From contig NC_057718.1 of the NCBI RefSeq assembly GCF_004010195.1, forward strand, positions 38,751,983 to 38,808,202: a DNA stretch of 56,220 bases, written 5' to 3'. This stretch comes from Chiloscyllium plagiosum. Taxonomy: Eukaryota. This document shows positions 1 to 12,575 of this stretch, in pieces. A program made the position numbers and the translations under genes. Within the stretch, counting starts at the first letter, position 1, and every line of letters starts with the position of its first letter. The notes under the pieces are model-generated. The model did not search any database, had not been told where the DNA came from, and saw nothing but the letters and a program-made list of their open reading frames with translations.

Positions 1-870
1 TTTCCTTCCTGATTTCCCTCTTAAGTATACTTCTACTTCCTTTATACTCTTCTAAGGATTCACTCGATCTATCCTGTCTATAACTGACATATGCTTCTTT
101 CTTTTTCTTAACCAAACCCTCAACTTCTTTAGTCATACAGCATTCCGTATACCTACCAGCCTTCCCTTTCACCCTGACAGGAATATACTTTCTGTGGATT
201 CTTGTTATCTCATTTCTCAAGGTTTCCCATTTTCCAGCCGTCCCTTTACCTGCGAACATCTGCCTCCAATCAGCTTTCGAAAGTTCTTGCCTAATACCGT
301 CAAAATTGGCCTTTCTCCAATTTAGAACTTCAACTTCTAGATCTGATCTATCCTTTTCCATCACTATTTTAAAACAAATAGAATTATGATCGCTGGCCCC
401 AAAGTGCTCCACCACTGACACCTCAGTCACCTGCCCTGCCTTATTTCCTAAGAGTAGGTCAAGTTTTGCACCTTCTCTAGTAGGTACATCCACATACTGA
501 ATCAGAAACTTGTCTTGTACACATTTAAGAAATTCCTCTTCATCTAAACCTTTAACACTATGGCAGTCCCAGTCGATGATTGGAAAGTTAAAATCCCCTA
601 CCATAACTACCCTATTATTCTTACAGATAGCTGAGATCTCCAACAAGTTTGTTTCTCAATTTCCCTCTGACTATTGGGGGGGGGGTCTATAATACAATCT
701 CAATAATGTGATCATCCCTTTCTTATTTCTTAGTTCCACCCAAATAACTTCCCTGGATGTATTTCCGGGAATATCCTCCCTCAGCACAGCTGTAATGCTA
801 TCCCTTATCAAAAATGCCACTCCCCCTTCTCTCTTGCCTTCCTTTCTATCCTTCCTACAACTTCTGGAAC
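1..870 (-). mobile_element. CR1-type LINE ORF2 fragment (APE endonuclease C-terminus and linker), running off the left edge
   Basis: Minus strand reads AKLDLLLGNKAGQVTEVSVVEHFGASDHNSICFKI...LNWRKANFDGIRQEL; the SDH motif is typical of APE endonucleases. Confidence 0.85.
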
Positions 871-892
871 TTATTGGTATTATTAGATTTAC

Positions 893-1306
893 CTCAGGCT
901 ATTTTTCCTGGAGCGTCGAAGGCTGAGGGGTGACCTTATCGAAGCTCATAAAATCTTTTGGAACACGGATAGGGTGAAGTGCCCAGGTCTTTTCCCCAGG
1001 ATAGGGGAGACCAAAACTAGAAGGTATAGATTTAAGGTGAGAGAGGAAAGATGTAAAAGGGACCTACGCAGCAACTTTTTCATGCAGAAGGTGCTGCGAG
1101 TATGGAATGAGCTGCCAGAGGAAGTAGTGGAGACTGGTATAATTACAATATTTAAAAGGCATCTGGATGGGTATTTGAATAGGAAGGATTTAGAGGGATA
1201 TGGGCCAAATGCTGGCAAATGGAACTCGATTAATTTAGAATATTTGGTTGGTATGGATGAGTTGTACCAAAATATCTGTTTCCGTGCTGTACATCTCTAT
1301 GATTCT
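893..1306 (+). mobile_element. CR1-type LINE 3' end
   Basis: RRRLRGDLIE...TRRYRFKVR...NFFMQKVLRVWNELPEEVVE...FKRHLDGY, followed by the tail ctctatgattct. Confidence 0.9.
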
Positions 1307-2237
1307 TGTACAAGTTGCACCATGAAGATGCAATTCCAGCACCCTGTGCTAATTGTAAACCTTGAAATGCACTCACATAACACTGCTTTCTCTCAAACCA
1401 GCAACAGGGACCAGATCTCTTCGAGGTTACTACACATGAGACTAAAGGGAAAAGTCAGGCTACCCATCCAACGGCACAACCTGCAGCAGCTTCTTCTGAA
1501 GTATGTTGCTGTGAAAAGAAGGTGTAACAGCTTCCTAGTCGCATAAATCATCCAGCCAACTCATTTACAGTTGCCGCTGAAGTAGCACCAAAGGAGAGTG
1601 AGACTGGATTGTTTGATCTTTATGAAACATCATAATTTTGGTCCACTTATTTCACTAGAATGAAAATTAGATGGATGCCTCAACGAATGGACAAGTGGCT
1701 GTCAGATTAGGGTCTAGGTGTGAGGATAAATTTCTACCCCTGCAATTCACACTCTGGTAATAGTTTTCTCAGCGGGTAGGTGTCATTTGTTTTCAGTGGA
1801 GACTTTTCAGACTGGCGCCTCTCCATTTCTCTACCAATTAATTCCAGGAAGCGACAGAATCCCAAGTGTGATACCTATTTTTCACCCTCCATGAAGGCAG
1901 CACCACTTTGATGAAAAGCAGATGGTAACTTAGTTGACGGAAGTTAAAAAAGCAAAAGGAAAACTAAAACTGATGAAAAAAACATCCTGCAAAGTTTAAA
2001 TTTCTAATTTTGACTGCAGAAGAATTTATACATTTCCCTATGTGCTTACAATTCACAATGACCGGTATGGAGACAGGTAATTACTGATAAATGCACATAA
2101 ACGTTCTCTGCTGAGAATAGTAAAAGAACTTTTGATGCCACTATTTCATTACTACCTGGCTGAAGCACATATACTTTTTAGGGAAGCTGTTAAAATATCA
2201 GCTCTAGACACATATCCTCTCTTACTTACCGCTGATA

Positions 2238-2540
2238 TTAGATTACATTCCCTACAGTATGGAAACAGGCCCTTCGACCCAACAAGTCCACACCGGCTCT
2301 CTGAAGAGAACCCACCCAGACCCATTCCTCTACGTTTACCCCTGACTAATGTATCTAAGCACTATGGGCAATTTAGCATGTCCAATTCACCTGACCTGCA
2401 CATCTTTGGAATGTGGGAAGAAACCCACACAGACACAGGGAGAATGTGCAAATGCCACACAGACAGTTGCCTGAGGCAGAAATTGAACCCGAGTCTCTGG
2501 CACTGTGAGGCAGCAGTGTTAACCACTGAGCTACCGTGTT
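2238..2540 (-). mobile_element. HE1-like tRNA-derived SINE
   Basis: A box (tagctcagtgg) and B box (ggttcaattt) on the minus strand, CR1-like tail; five further copies in the window. Confidence 0.85.
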
Positions 2541-4049
2541 TCTTTACTTAATTCATAATTTATATTCTGATATCAGATAGTTAAGACCTTTGCCTCATTT
2601 TCCAGCTCACTCAACTGTCTAGAGTTATAGGAAAATCAGTGCTTGGGTGTGTTCATTGGCTCATGGTTCACAAGATGCAGAGAAAGTTAGGTTGTTAGGT
2701 ACATGTAGCAAACTTGCATTTATGATTTAAAAATCAGAGCTTTGGAGTAGCAAAGTTCATATTTCCACCCACATTACATATTTCTTTTAGAAACTGATCT
2801 CAAAGACCTAAAATTGGTATTGATGGAGAAACAGGTTTGGCCTGCCTTGCAGCATCTCTTAAAGTAGGTTTGATGGTAGTCCCTTTCAAAATTTGAATGC
2901 TTCAAAAAAACATTCAATGGTCGAATGCGTCCAGTGCTAGTGGAGTAACATTCCTCGGTGCAATTAACCAAGTTTCAGTGCTGTCAGTTACAGTATTCAT
3001 GGGAAAAGATAATTCTATATTTGTACCCTCTGTGATTTGAATGCCCTCCTGCACCCCAACCTTTTATAAACAGTCTTTATCAGCTGTTGCATGTTGCTAA
3101 AGGCAGATTCAAAAATATTGCGTAAAGCCTTTTGCTCCTATTTTAAGTTTCATCTGAAAGTGATCCAATTAGCTACCAATGTTTGGATTCCAAATATATT
3201 TATTTAATTGACTAGGTCAAAGATAGCAAATGTCACCAATGTTAGGTTAGTTTATTAAATACATTTTTAGCAAATTCCTGAATGAATTGTATCTTTAATA
3301 TGCTGACTTATGCTACATTGTCTAAATCTGAAAATGTTTAGCAATAATCATGTAAAATAGCCTTTAATCTAACAAATTAAGTATAAAATATGTTTTGGTG
3401 AGCCTTGAACTCTTTTGAACCTGCTGACAATTAATTACTTGTATAGATTATGCGAAAACATCTACAAAACTTTGGAGAGGATGTTGGTATGCATGAATAA
3501 GCATTTTCACAAACTGCCCTCACTTTGGTAACATTTTAACCAAGCATTATTAACTGGCTACTCAACAGCTGAAACCACAGTTACCACTCTCAGACCAGTG
3601 CCTATAGTCCAAATGATTTATAACTATGCCATAAAAGGCAGTTATTTTATTACATAAAATAAAATGATTTATGGGAATGTTTGAAATTTACTTACTTTGC
3701 TCAATAATCCCAGTGATTTTTTTTCTCTAGTTGTGCATATCCTAATAGCTTAGAGACATTGTGACAAGGCTTCCAAATATAACATTTCAGCAGCTAACGG
3801 ATAGTCTATTAAAATGGGAATACTGATTGCAATGTGTGATCATCCTGTCCCTAACACTGCCAATGTAAGTAGAATGGTAACTTTGGACAGCTCAGGTTTA
3901 TGGAAAACTAGCACCATTTAAAGATAGCCTACATTGTTTAAAGCCTTCATTGCAGCTCTTTAAGACAAGGTGTATTCTAGCTGAGGAAGATGCAGGATAA
4001 CTTCATGGAAGCAGGAAATAAACTGAACTTTGCTGCAAGAGGGGAGATA

Positions 4050-4660
4050 GTATGTGTCAAGGTTCTTTGATGATGCATTGGACATGTTAGTTGCAGTGGA
4101 GAGAGGTGATCTATCTATAGGATACCATGAAGTCCTCCAGCCAAAATGTAAGAATACAATGGTGGTCAATTTCAGGAGTCAAGGCCTGTAACCCAGGATT
4201 CAGGGCCCCTGGAGGTTCAGTGATCTCATGCAAATTATCAGACATTGACAATGTTGTCAAATGTTATACTCCACCAATTACATCACTGCGTCATATTGTA
4301 TAATGCACTGCATCCATCTCTCACCTACTAGTACTCTCTATACGAATCACAACTGATAGCTAACATTCATAACTTCACCAAACCTTCACACACTGCTGTA
4401 AGCCTCTCATCCATAACTCACAAACTGGCACTCTGCCAGCTATTCAACCTTGATTCATCATTCAAACATATTGCACCACAATCAGTGGCACACATCCCTC
4501 TCTATTGGAGGACAAATTGCTGCATAACTGAAGATAGCAGCAATCAACAAGTGGGAAAGAGACATAGGTTACCTATTTTCAATGAAGTGGAAGAAATAGA
4601 GATCACCATTATTGAAGCTACTATCGTTCAGGCACTGAGCATCAATGCGCTGAAACTATA
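4050..4660 (+). pseudogene. Decayed Myb/SANT-like gene of a PIF/Harbinger transposon
   Basis: VSRFFDDALDMLVAVERGD...VNFRSQ...RFSDLMQII (4054-4241) and DKLLHN*R*QQSTSG...EVEEIEITII (from 4511) match the Harbinger Myb/SANT-like pattern. Confidence 0.6.
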
Positions 4661-4959
4661 CAGGACAAGTCTGTTTCCATCTAACCCATCTTCTCATATC
4701 CTGCTTTCCCCTATTCCATGAACTCTCCTAAGTTACAAGCTGCAATTAAGCTTGAAAGTCTAAAATGCACCTTCAGCCTATTCCCCTCTTCAGTACAGCC
4801 CTACACTTGTGCCTTGCTCCTTTCTGACAACTAAGAGCTGTCATCTAGCCAGGCAATGGCGAAAGAGCAAGGGGTAGCAAAACATGAAGACAGTGACGAA
4901 TAAGAAACACCAGCATTCCCTGTTATACTTGCAACTTCATGGATGTGTCTCCTCTAGTT

Positions 4960-5345
4960 GGGCAGGCCACATTTCTGATACAAGGTTCCCAAACAAGCTC
5001 ACTAGTGTCAGTTCTGTGACCACAAGCCATTACCAGAAATAACACTTCAAGGATGTTTGTTAAGCTTCTCTGAATAATGAAGGATCCCTATTGACTCGTG
5101 GGAATCTCTTGCCCAAACTGGAAAAGGAGCAACCATGAAGATTCCTGCACCTCTCTCACAAGTGGAAGTCAAGCACAAACAGTGGGAGAACCCAAACATC
5201 CCACCAACGTGCCCATCTCTTCAAAGACTACCTGCCCCAGCTGTTGTAGGATGCACAGATCCAGCATCAGACTGTTTAGACACCTCAGAACATACAACAC
5301 TGGAGTGGAAGAAAATTATTCTTCATCTGCCTAATAAGAGAGAAG
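4960..5345 (+). mobile_element. RTE-clade LINE 3' fragment
   Basis: Degenerate HFKDV...DSWESLA followed by the C-terminal zinc-finger-like TCPSCCRMHRSSIRLFRHLRTY. Confidence 0.65.
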
Positions 5346-6799
5346 GCTAGTGGGGAGTAGGACCACTGACTCTTGCAAAGTTAAGAGTTATTGAGCTACC
5401 CAGTTACACTGCTGGCATCAATAGTGCTGTATGCCACCAAGAGTTGACCTGCCCTGCATATTTACTTTATTTATCCCACCAATATGAAGTCCCGCACCAT
5501 TTGCCCAATAGTGTTGGCATCAGCCATGTTTGCTATCCAGTGGCACTCATCATACCCCAAAACTGACACAAATTATGTACCAGTTTTCCAGATTTTTTTT
5601 TAATCTACTGAGGTCGTTTGGGGTATCCTGGGTGAAGTTGGGTTCCAAATGTGAAATTTATGTTTTTTTAAAAACGGAAATATTCTGCAGGGCGGATTGT
5701 TATACTTGTCGACAGAGAAAGCAGTGATTGTTTCAAGGTCGGGTGACCCTTCCGTCAGAACTTGCCTTTCCAGAGAGAAGAGGAAAAAAAACACCTCCCG
5801 AAGGCGCTTCAGAGACAAACTGGCCGCCCTCATCCGACTACTTGCCGGAGCATGTGTGGGAGAGACAGAGGGCGAGGTGCGCTCTGTCAGGCTGTTAATT
5901 GAACAGGACATTTTTGGATGTGAAGCAGCGATAAAAGCCCGCTGCACTTCAGGGCTGAAGGAAAGCGGGCGACCATCAGTATTTTATATCGACACCCGAG
6001 GGCGGCCAGGTCGGTGAGTATAGACGGGCGGGCGCTCACTGAAACATGTGCAGCTTCCAGGGCTCATTTCCAGATGCGAGTGAGCCATTGGATTGTGTGC
6101 ACACGGGGATCCAGCGTGTGATCCAGCCGGCCAGATCCCCAGCAACAAGGTGTTGGAAACCCGGTGCTGACACACACAAAAAAGCCTCTGCTTTGCCGTG
6201 TTTCCCCTCTCCCTACATCCGCGCCCCGCCCCGCCCTAGAGGGAAGGGGTTTATTTGGCGGGCTCCTTGGGCTCAGGTCTATTGTTAATGTGCATTTGGC
6301 CGCGTCTGGATGCAAATCGTGCAGGAATAACTGAATGCAATTTCTCTCTAATTTTTTTTTTGGATTGCGAGACAGAGAGAATCCGGGCAGGGCTAAAAGA
6401 AATGAGAAGTTAAAGCTGAGAGGCTTGGAGGAGAGGGGGGGGGTGGGGGGAGAGTGTTCACACCCACCCCGAGGCTGTGACCAGGGCTGGATCCCTGTCT
6501 GTTTAATTTATCCATGTCTGGGGGGCGGGGGGAGTCATACATCCGGAAATCAGATCCCTGAGAAAACAGCAAGGAAGTTTTTTCAAAAATTAAAAAAAAA
6601 CTCTGTTGCCACGTCTGGCCGCGTGGTCACAGACGGGTCTGAAAAAAATGCTCTATAAAAGGAATCCGAGAGTTTCCTTTCTTGGAGCCCGTTCTAGTGG
6701 TTTTGACAATGAAGGGTTTTGGTGCACGGCTCGACTTCTTGGGGGGAGCCAATCCTCGGAGCGGCCACGCCCCATTCCTTGCACAAATACTGGGAGCAT

Positions 6800-6952
6800 T
6801 CATTCGTCGGCGTCTCGGCAGTTTTCCTTCTATGGGAAATGGATACTGTAGGTAGGATTCCTGGGGATATGACTGTACGCACTCAGAAATGTTGCAATTA
6901 GCTTCCCTGCGTCCCAGACCAGTATTACCAGCCGAACTGCTGACACAATTAG
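6800..6952 (+). other. Candidate non-coding first exon of SERTAD4
   Basis: Follows the CCAAT and Sp/KLF sites, has an Inr-like TCATTC at ~6800, and ends at donor AG|GTATGT (6953). Alternative donors at 6852 (AG|GTAGGA) and 6014 (CG|GTGAGT). An upstream exon is implied by the acceptor at 8189. Confidence 0.4.
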
Positions 6953-8204
6953 GTATGTCTTTGGGATTTTTAAATGAATACCTACACGTTCGAAGTAGCC
7001 TTGGACACAGAGGGAGAGAGAAATCTGGCAGATGTTGAACTATTAGGCGCTGGTTTTGCCCCCGTCTGCTTTTGAGAAGGTGACTTATTTGTGTTCGTTT
7101 GCAGTAGAACCGCAGCACAGAAAATAAAGTTTGTTAGCAATTCGTTGACCATTAATGATTCACCAGCCCTGCGAGGCAGCCCCTCGGTGTGAGCTCGAGA
7201 AATATGCACCAGCTTCTTTAAGATCTAATTTAAAAGTTGTTGTTTCTTCCCCTTTATCTCTTGTCAAGCTAAACTCAGAGCAAAATGGATTTACCTTTGT
7301 GCCTGTGGTTTGCAATTCTAAACGCATCCTGCAAAAATGTTCCGCGCCAGAACGAACCGGATTCGAAAGTAATATTTGGCACCAGTGATTCTTACGGAAT
7401 GCAAGATGTAATATGTTTTCTGTATAAAATCTGTGTGAAAGTGGCAGCGGAATATGACAAAATAGGGTATCACTGAGGGGGGGGAGGGGGATATAAAACA
7501 GATTATTTACCATTTTACAGAACGTTTCTGAAAAAAGGACACGGGTGATTCGGTGTGTTTTGTTTATCTTCGATTTTAAGGGCTTTTTTTTTCTCCCCAA
7601 ATACCAATGCTTGTTTAATCTGCATGCCTTTGACGTTGTGCTTGGCTCCTCGGGGACTCGGCACACACACACACAAAACGAATTCTGAACCAATTCTCCT
7701 GTCCCATTCTCAGTGTTGTGAATCTAGGAGTCTGGGATTTGCTGTCGCCTCACGTCCATCGATTTCTCACAAGTTTTATGAACTGCAGCCGAAGTCGACT
7801 CTGAATGACAGGTCAGGTGTGAGAGATGCTGTTCTTTGTTTATGTGTTGTTTGGGGAGGGGGTGCGGGGTCCAGAAAAGGTGACGAGCTGTGTTTTCCAT
7901 CATCGGCCAGATGCAAAAGAAAACCCTGGAATGCAATTGTGATCTTTCCAAAGGGTCTGAGCCACACAATCGAATGGTTTTTGGTTTAAAGTTAGTGGAG
8001 GGGTTGAAGAGGGTACAGGGAACCGACCGCCGACGCCTCATTGAATCGGAGCTTTAAATGAATTTGGGATCCTTGGAAGGGGGAAGGGAGCTAAAATAAT
8101 CTGAGACGTTGCAGCAAATTAAGTGCAGATATCCCTGTATATTTCCCCCTTCTCTGAATCAAACCGATTGCCGTTGTTTGTTTCTGCAGTACCTCGGTTG
8201 AGAA

Positions 8205-8349
8205 ATGACCTTGGTGATTTCGATGAGCAGATTATGCGATCTTCCTATTGAAGAACCCTCAGATATCCCGCAATACGTCCCCAGCTGGGAAGAATCTTTC
8301 AGCAAAACCACAGTGATCTCAGACCAGACTAAATACGGAGAGCCCACAG
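8205..8349 (+). CDS. SERTAD4: SERTA domain-containing protein 4, first coding exon (MTLVISMSRLCDLPIEEPSDIPQYVPSWEESFSKTTVISDQTKYGEPT + 1 nt)
   Basis: Acceptor tttgtttctgcag ends at 8189; ATG at 8205; donor CAG|GTCAGT at 8350 (phase 1). The N-terminus resembles vertebrate SERTAD4 (MTLVLSMNRFCE..., recalled). Confidence 0.9.
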
Positions 8350-11300
8350 GTCAGTCAGCAGCAGCTACCAGACAGCTGACTCGGTGGTGTTTTTCTTTCG
8401 GGTTAAGATCGTATGTATGTGGGTGCGGGTTTATTTACACTCCTAGCTGTGAATTTGCGCCAGTCAACCACAGTTTATAACAGAGGTGAGTGAGAGGGGC
8501 GAAATGGGCACAGAATGTGATTTTCAAAAGAGAAAACAGAGGTTAGCTTTCTCTGGCATCTTACAATTGCCTATTTAACATTGATGACTTATTATACATG
8601 TGAAAGGGTTTTAGTTTCTGAAGTATTAGTCTTCACAAACCTGTGTACATATTAAAAAAAACGACGACTGGACAACTATCCAATTTCAATTGCATGCTTC
8701 TGACTTACAGCACACAAACCTACAAGAATCAATTGCAAATTATTTCTGAATAAAATGGCAGATGTAGTGCCTCAATCATTAATATTTCATTTCAAACAGC
8801 ACCATGCACCAAAAGCAAAATGGGCAGTGGAAGTTTGTACTGACACTGCTGACCAATCTCATTACAAATGTGATGTGTGAAAAATGAAGTTCACAATAAA
8901 TCTGTGGAAAAAAAGCATCCCCAGTGGGGGCTTTTGGTTAATAATATAGTGATGGGATTCAGATCACTGAAGCTTCACCTTATGTTTATTAGAAATTTCT
9001 GCTGGCATTAAGCATTTTGCACCAGTGCCCACTGGAAAAAAGGGCAATAGTGTTGTTATGGTTGTTTTTTTTTTCTTGAGCTAGTGAAATCTACTGGAGG
9101 GAGAAATCCTATTCAGAATACTATTGTACTCACTTAGTTCGATCGAATAGTTAACTGGTAAGATTGATAACTGAAGACCCATCACAGCACACCACTGTCA
9201 GAAAATACCACTAGTGTGAAGTGTTCAACACATCCACATGGAACAGATGCAAAGTTACAGGAAGCAAGGGTAATTTGGATCAGTATCTTTCCCACATTCC
9301 AGCTGTCTGGTTACAGATGTGGCTACATTCAGTGCTTTAGCAGTACTCAGTTTGGCATATTTGAACCTACAAGAACAAAGAGAGGTGACTTGTGGTACCA
9401 AGTAGCAAATGTTGTCGACTGTCAAGGTCTACCATTATATCACACCTAAGCCATATCAAACTGTGATTTCCAAAACAGTAATGACAATGGGCTGTAAAGT
9501 TTTAGCTTCAGAGGTACACTGTGGCAAAACCTGTAAGATCACCATGGCGCTAGAGGCCAGCAAATTCAACTTGGCTCTTTTTTTTTAAGTACTTTGCTCA
9601 AACAACTTCCAGATAGTACTGGGAAACTTGCAGTGTTGGCCAATTGGCAAACCTAAAATGCATCCAGAAAAACATGTTTGCTTTATTCAGTAAATCAGTA
9701 TGTTTGCTGCTGTTGTTCATTGGCAAAAGTGACAATGTGAGAGGGCAACACTGTTCTGTCAAGCCTTTGGTTTTCTTAGTGTGTTAGGATTAGTGACTGC
9801 TGCCTTTTGCCATTCAAGCTCCTGCATATTATACTGTGCATTGTATGACATTCCTAAAGGGACTTCTTTTTGTACTGTATTTCATTGAGAAAATCATATA
9901 CTGTAGATAACACAGAGTCATTCAGGAAAATGCATGACATGCTCAGGATCTTTTTCTTTCAGTACTACCATTGTCCAGCCCATATTTGACACTAGATGTA
10001 GGTTGGCATCAATAAACTCAGACTACATTATACAGCTGTTGCTTATGACACTCATGCACTTAGCCAGATGCGGAAGCAGAAGCTAATGCATAATTATCAA
10101 AATGGCTGTTGTTACCTTAAAGCAGATTTTCCTAATTTATTACAAGGCCTTAATTCACACATCGAAAGCCAAAATGGCAAATCCATAACACATACTCGTG
10201 TGAAAACACCTGTGTGAATTTAGTAGCATTATTAGCAATGTCGACAAAAACACTGACTCACACCTATTTCACAGCAATGACATTTATTAAAGAGGTTAAC
10301 AATATCCATGAGGAAAAGATCTTTTCAAACATAGTTCTTCAAATTCTATTTACTTTCACCTTGTGTTATAAGAAATTACATATATTTTCAGCACAATATT
10401 CACGTTAATTACAAGTCGTGATTTTTTTCAATTGCATATAAGATGAATGTTGACAGGCTGACTAAACAAGGTGCTGTTTCTTGGTGTTTGCAGTTTCTTT
10501 TAACCATGTGACACCTCTATTTTCCCTCTTAAGTGAATCGTTGTGGAAAAAGGACATTTATTGGCAGTTTGTAAGATTTCAGTGGTTTCCTGTTGGCCTC
10601 AACTTCCCTCCATTATATTCTTTGAATGCTGTGCATGTGAGTCACCTACATTGGTACTGTGTTGACTCACTCGTGTCCAAGCTTCAAGTGCACTGGAAAA
10701 TTCTTCAGTGAACTTCTGTGCTAACTTTCTTTATTTTGCCATCACAGAAGGCAAGCAGTCAGGAAATTTAACTTCTAATTACAACTTACAGCTGATTTAG
10801 TGATACTTCCTTCTTGACTGATCCACTTTCTGGAAGAGACTAACGTAAATTGAAAAGTAATAATATTGTGGGTAAAGCAAAAGGAGTAAATTTTCATCCA
10901 AACTTCTAGTAACCTACAGTTCTCCCAAGATTAGACCCAACAATTTCCAGGCTAAAAGAATTAATTTTTTGTAATTAAGTCAAAGTATTTATTATTGTGC
11001 ATTTCAAGCGCTCCCAAATGTCTAAAAATGAAAATAAAATATAATTCACAATATAGTGTTCCAGGAGCTGTTGGAAATCCACGTAAACTTACAATTAGAG
11101 TTTTGTGACAATGTAATAGATTGACACCTGAAATTTCTATCGAGTGCTCCAGACTGAGATTGTCAAAAGCCCCAGAGAATAGATATATATGGTTTAAAAC
11201 AGCTACTTACTCTGCATCTTGGATTTCTCTCCATCTCCTATCATTATTATGATGGGGAAATTGGGGATGTTGAGGACTTGAGAGGCTTACTAATGCAGGT

Positions 11301-12048
11301 CAGTTTCATGCATTATTTCATTCATATGAAAATCCACAACAATTCATTTATTATAAATTTCAAAATTCTTAATTGATAAGCCATTACCTACTATAATTAG
11401 TGGGATATTGTTTAAAATATACATATATATTCTGCATTGAATGAAAATTCTAAATTTGTAAATTGTGTTCTTGCAGTAGATTGTGGGTTTCTGTGTTTTG
11501 ACTTGGAATGGAAGACTTCTATTGTTATACCTTATATGGACATTACAAACTCACGTTTCATTCCACTCCCTGTATAAACTTATCACCAACCCTGCAGCAA
11601 GATGTACAATGTATACAGAATACACTGAAATATATGATGGTCAGGAGAGAATTAAAGATTTGTGTGATATGCTTCATTCTATGCTATGGTGTCAGCTACA
11701 CACAAGGTTTGACTGATCAGAAGATGTTAACTGTGGCAAATGGAATTTAATCCAGAAAAATGTGAATTGATGCACTTTGGGAGGACTAATCAGGCAAGGA
11801 GGTTGAATGATAAGATTCTGTGCAGTACAAAGGATAAGAGGGCTCGGGTTTGCATCTTCACTGATCCATGAAGACAAAAGACAGTTAGATTAGGTGATTA
11901 AGAAAGCAGATGGGATATTTGCCTTTCTTAGACAAGACATTGAATATAAATGCAAGGAAGTTATGATGGAACTGTATATAAAATATTATAGCTGAAAATG
12001 GGTTGCTGGAAAAGCACAGCAGGTCAGACAGCATCCAAGGAACAGGAG

Positions 12049-12084
12049 AATCGACGTTTCGGGCATAAGCCCTTCTTCAGGAAT
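12049..12084 (-). ncRNA. Minimal type I hammerhead ribozyme motif (Penelope pLTR, family A), core intact
   Basis: Minus strand reads AUUC-CUGAAGA-A-GGGC-UUAU-GCCC-GAAAC-GUC-GAUU, with palindromic ACGU in place of stem III. Confidence 0.7.
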
Positions 12085-12193
12085 TAGGAACGTGTGTCCA
12101 GCAGGCTAAGATAAAAGGTAGGGAGGAGGGACTTGGGGGAGGGGCGTTGGAAATGCGATAGGTGGAAGGAGGTCAAGGTGAGGGTGATAGGCC

Positions 12194-12575
12194 NNNNNNN
12201 NNNNNNNNNNNNNNNNNNNNNNNNNNNNNNNNNNNNNNNNNNNNNNNNNNNNNNNNNNNNNNNNNNNNNNNNNNNNNNNNNNNNNNNNNNNNNNNNNNNN
12301 NNNNNNNNNNNNNNNNNNNNNNNNNNNNNNNNNNNNNNNNNNNNNNNNNNNNNNNNNNNNNNNNNNNNNNNNNNNNNNNNNNNNNNNNNNNNNNNNNNNN
12401 NNNNNNNNNNNNNNNNNNNNNNNNNNNNNNNNNNNNNNNNNNNNNNNNNNNNNNNNNNNNNNNNNNNNNNNNNNNNNNNNNNNNNNNNNNNNNNNNNNNN
12501 NNNNNNNNNNNNNNNNNNNNNNNNNNNNNNNNNNNNNNNNNNNNNNNNNNNNNNNNNNNNNNNNNNNNNNNNNNN
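12194..12575. other. Assembly gap (382 N)
   Basis: Run of n inside the Penelope-like element. Confidence 1.

Larger units (their letters stand above)
5690..8480. promoter_or_regulatory. CpG island / promoter region of SERTAD4
   Basis: Strong GC and CpG enrichment against a CpG-depleted background. Tandem GC boxes ~6221-6236, TATAAAA 6654-6660, CCAAT 6749-6753, GGCCACGCCCC 6763-6773. Confidence 0.8.

Noticed and set aside
974..1546. 190-aa ORF as a host gene
   Set aside because: CR1 ORF2 C-terminus reading through into flanking DNA.
5600..8041. Many overlapping 60-177 aa ORFs on both strands
   Set aside because: Expected stop-codon scarcity in a GC-rich island; no recognisable domains or exon structure.
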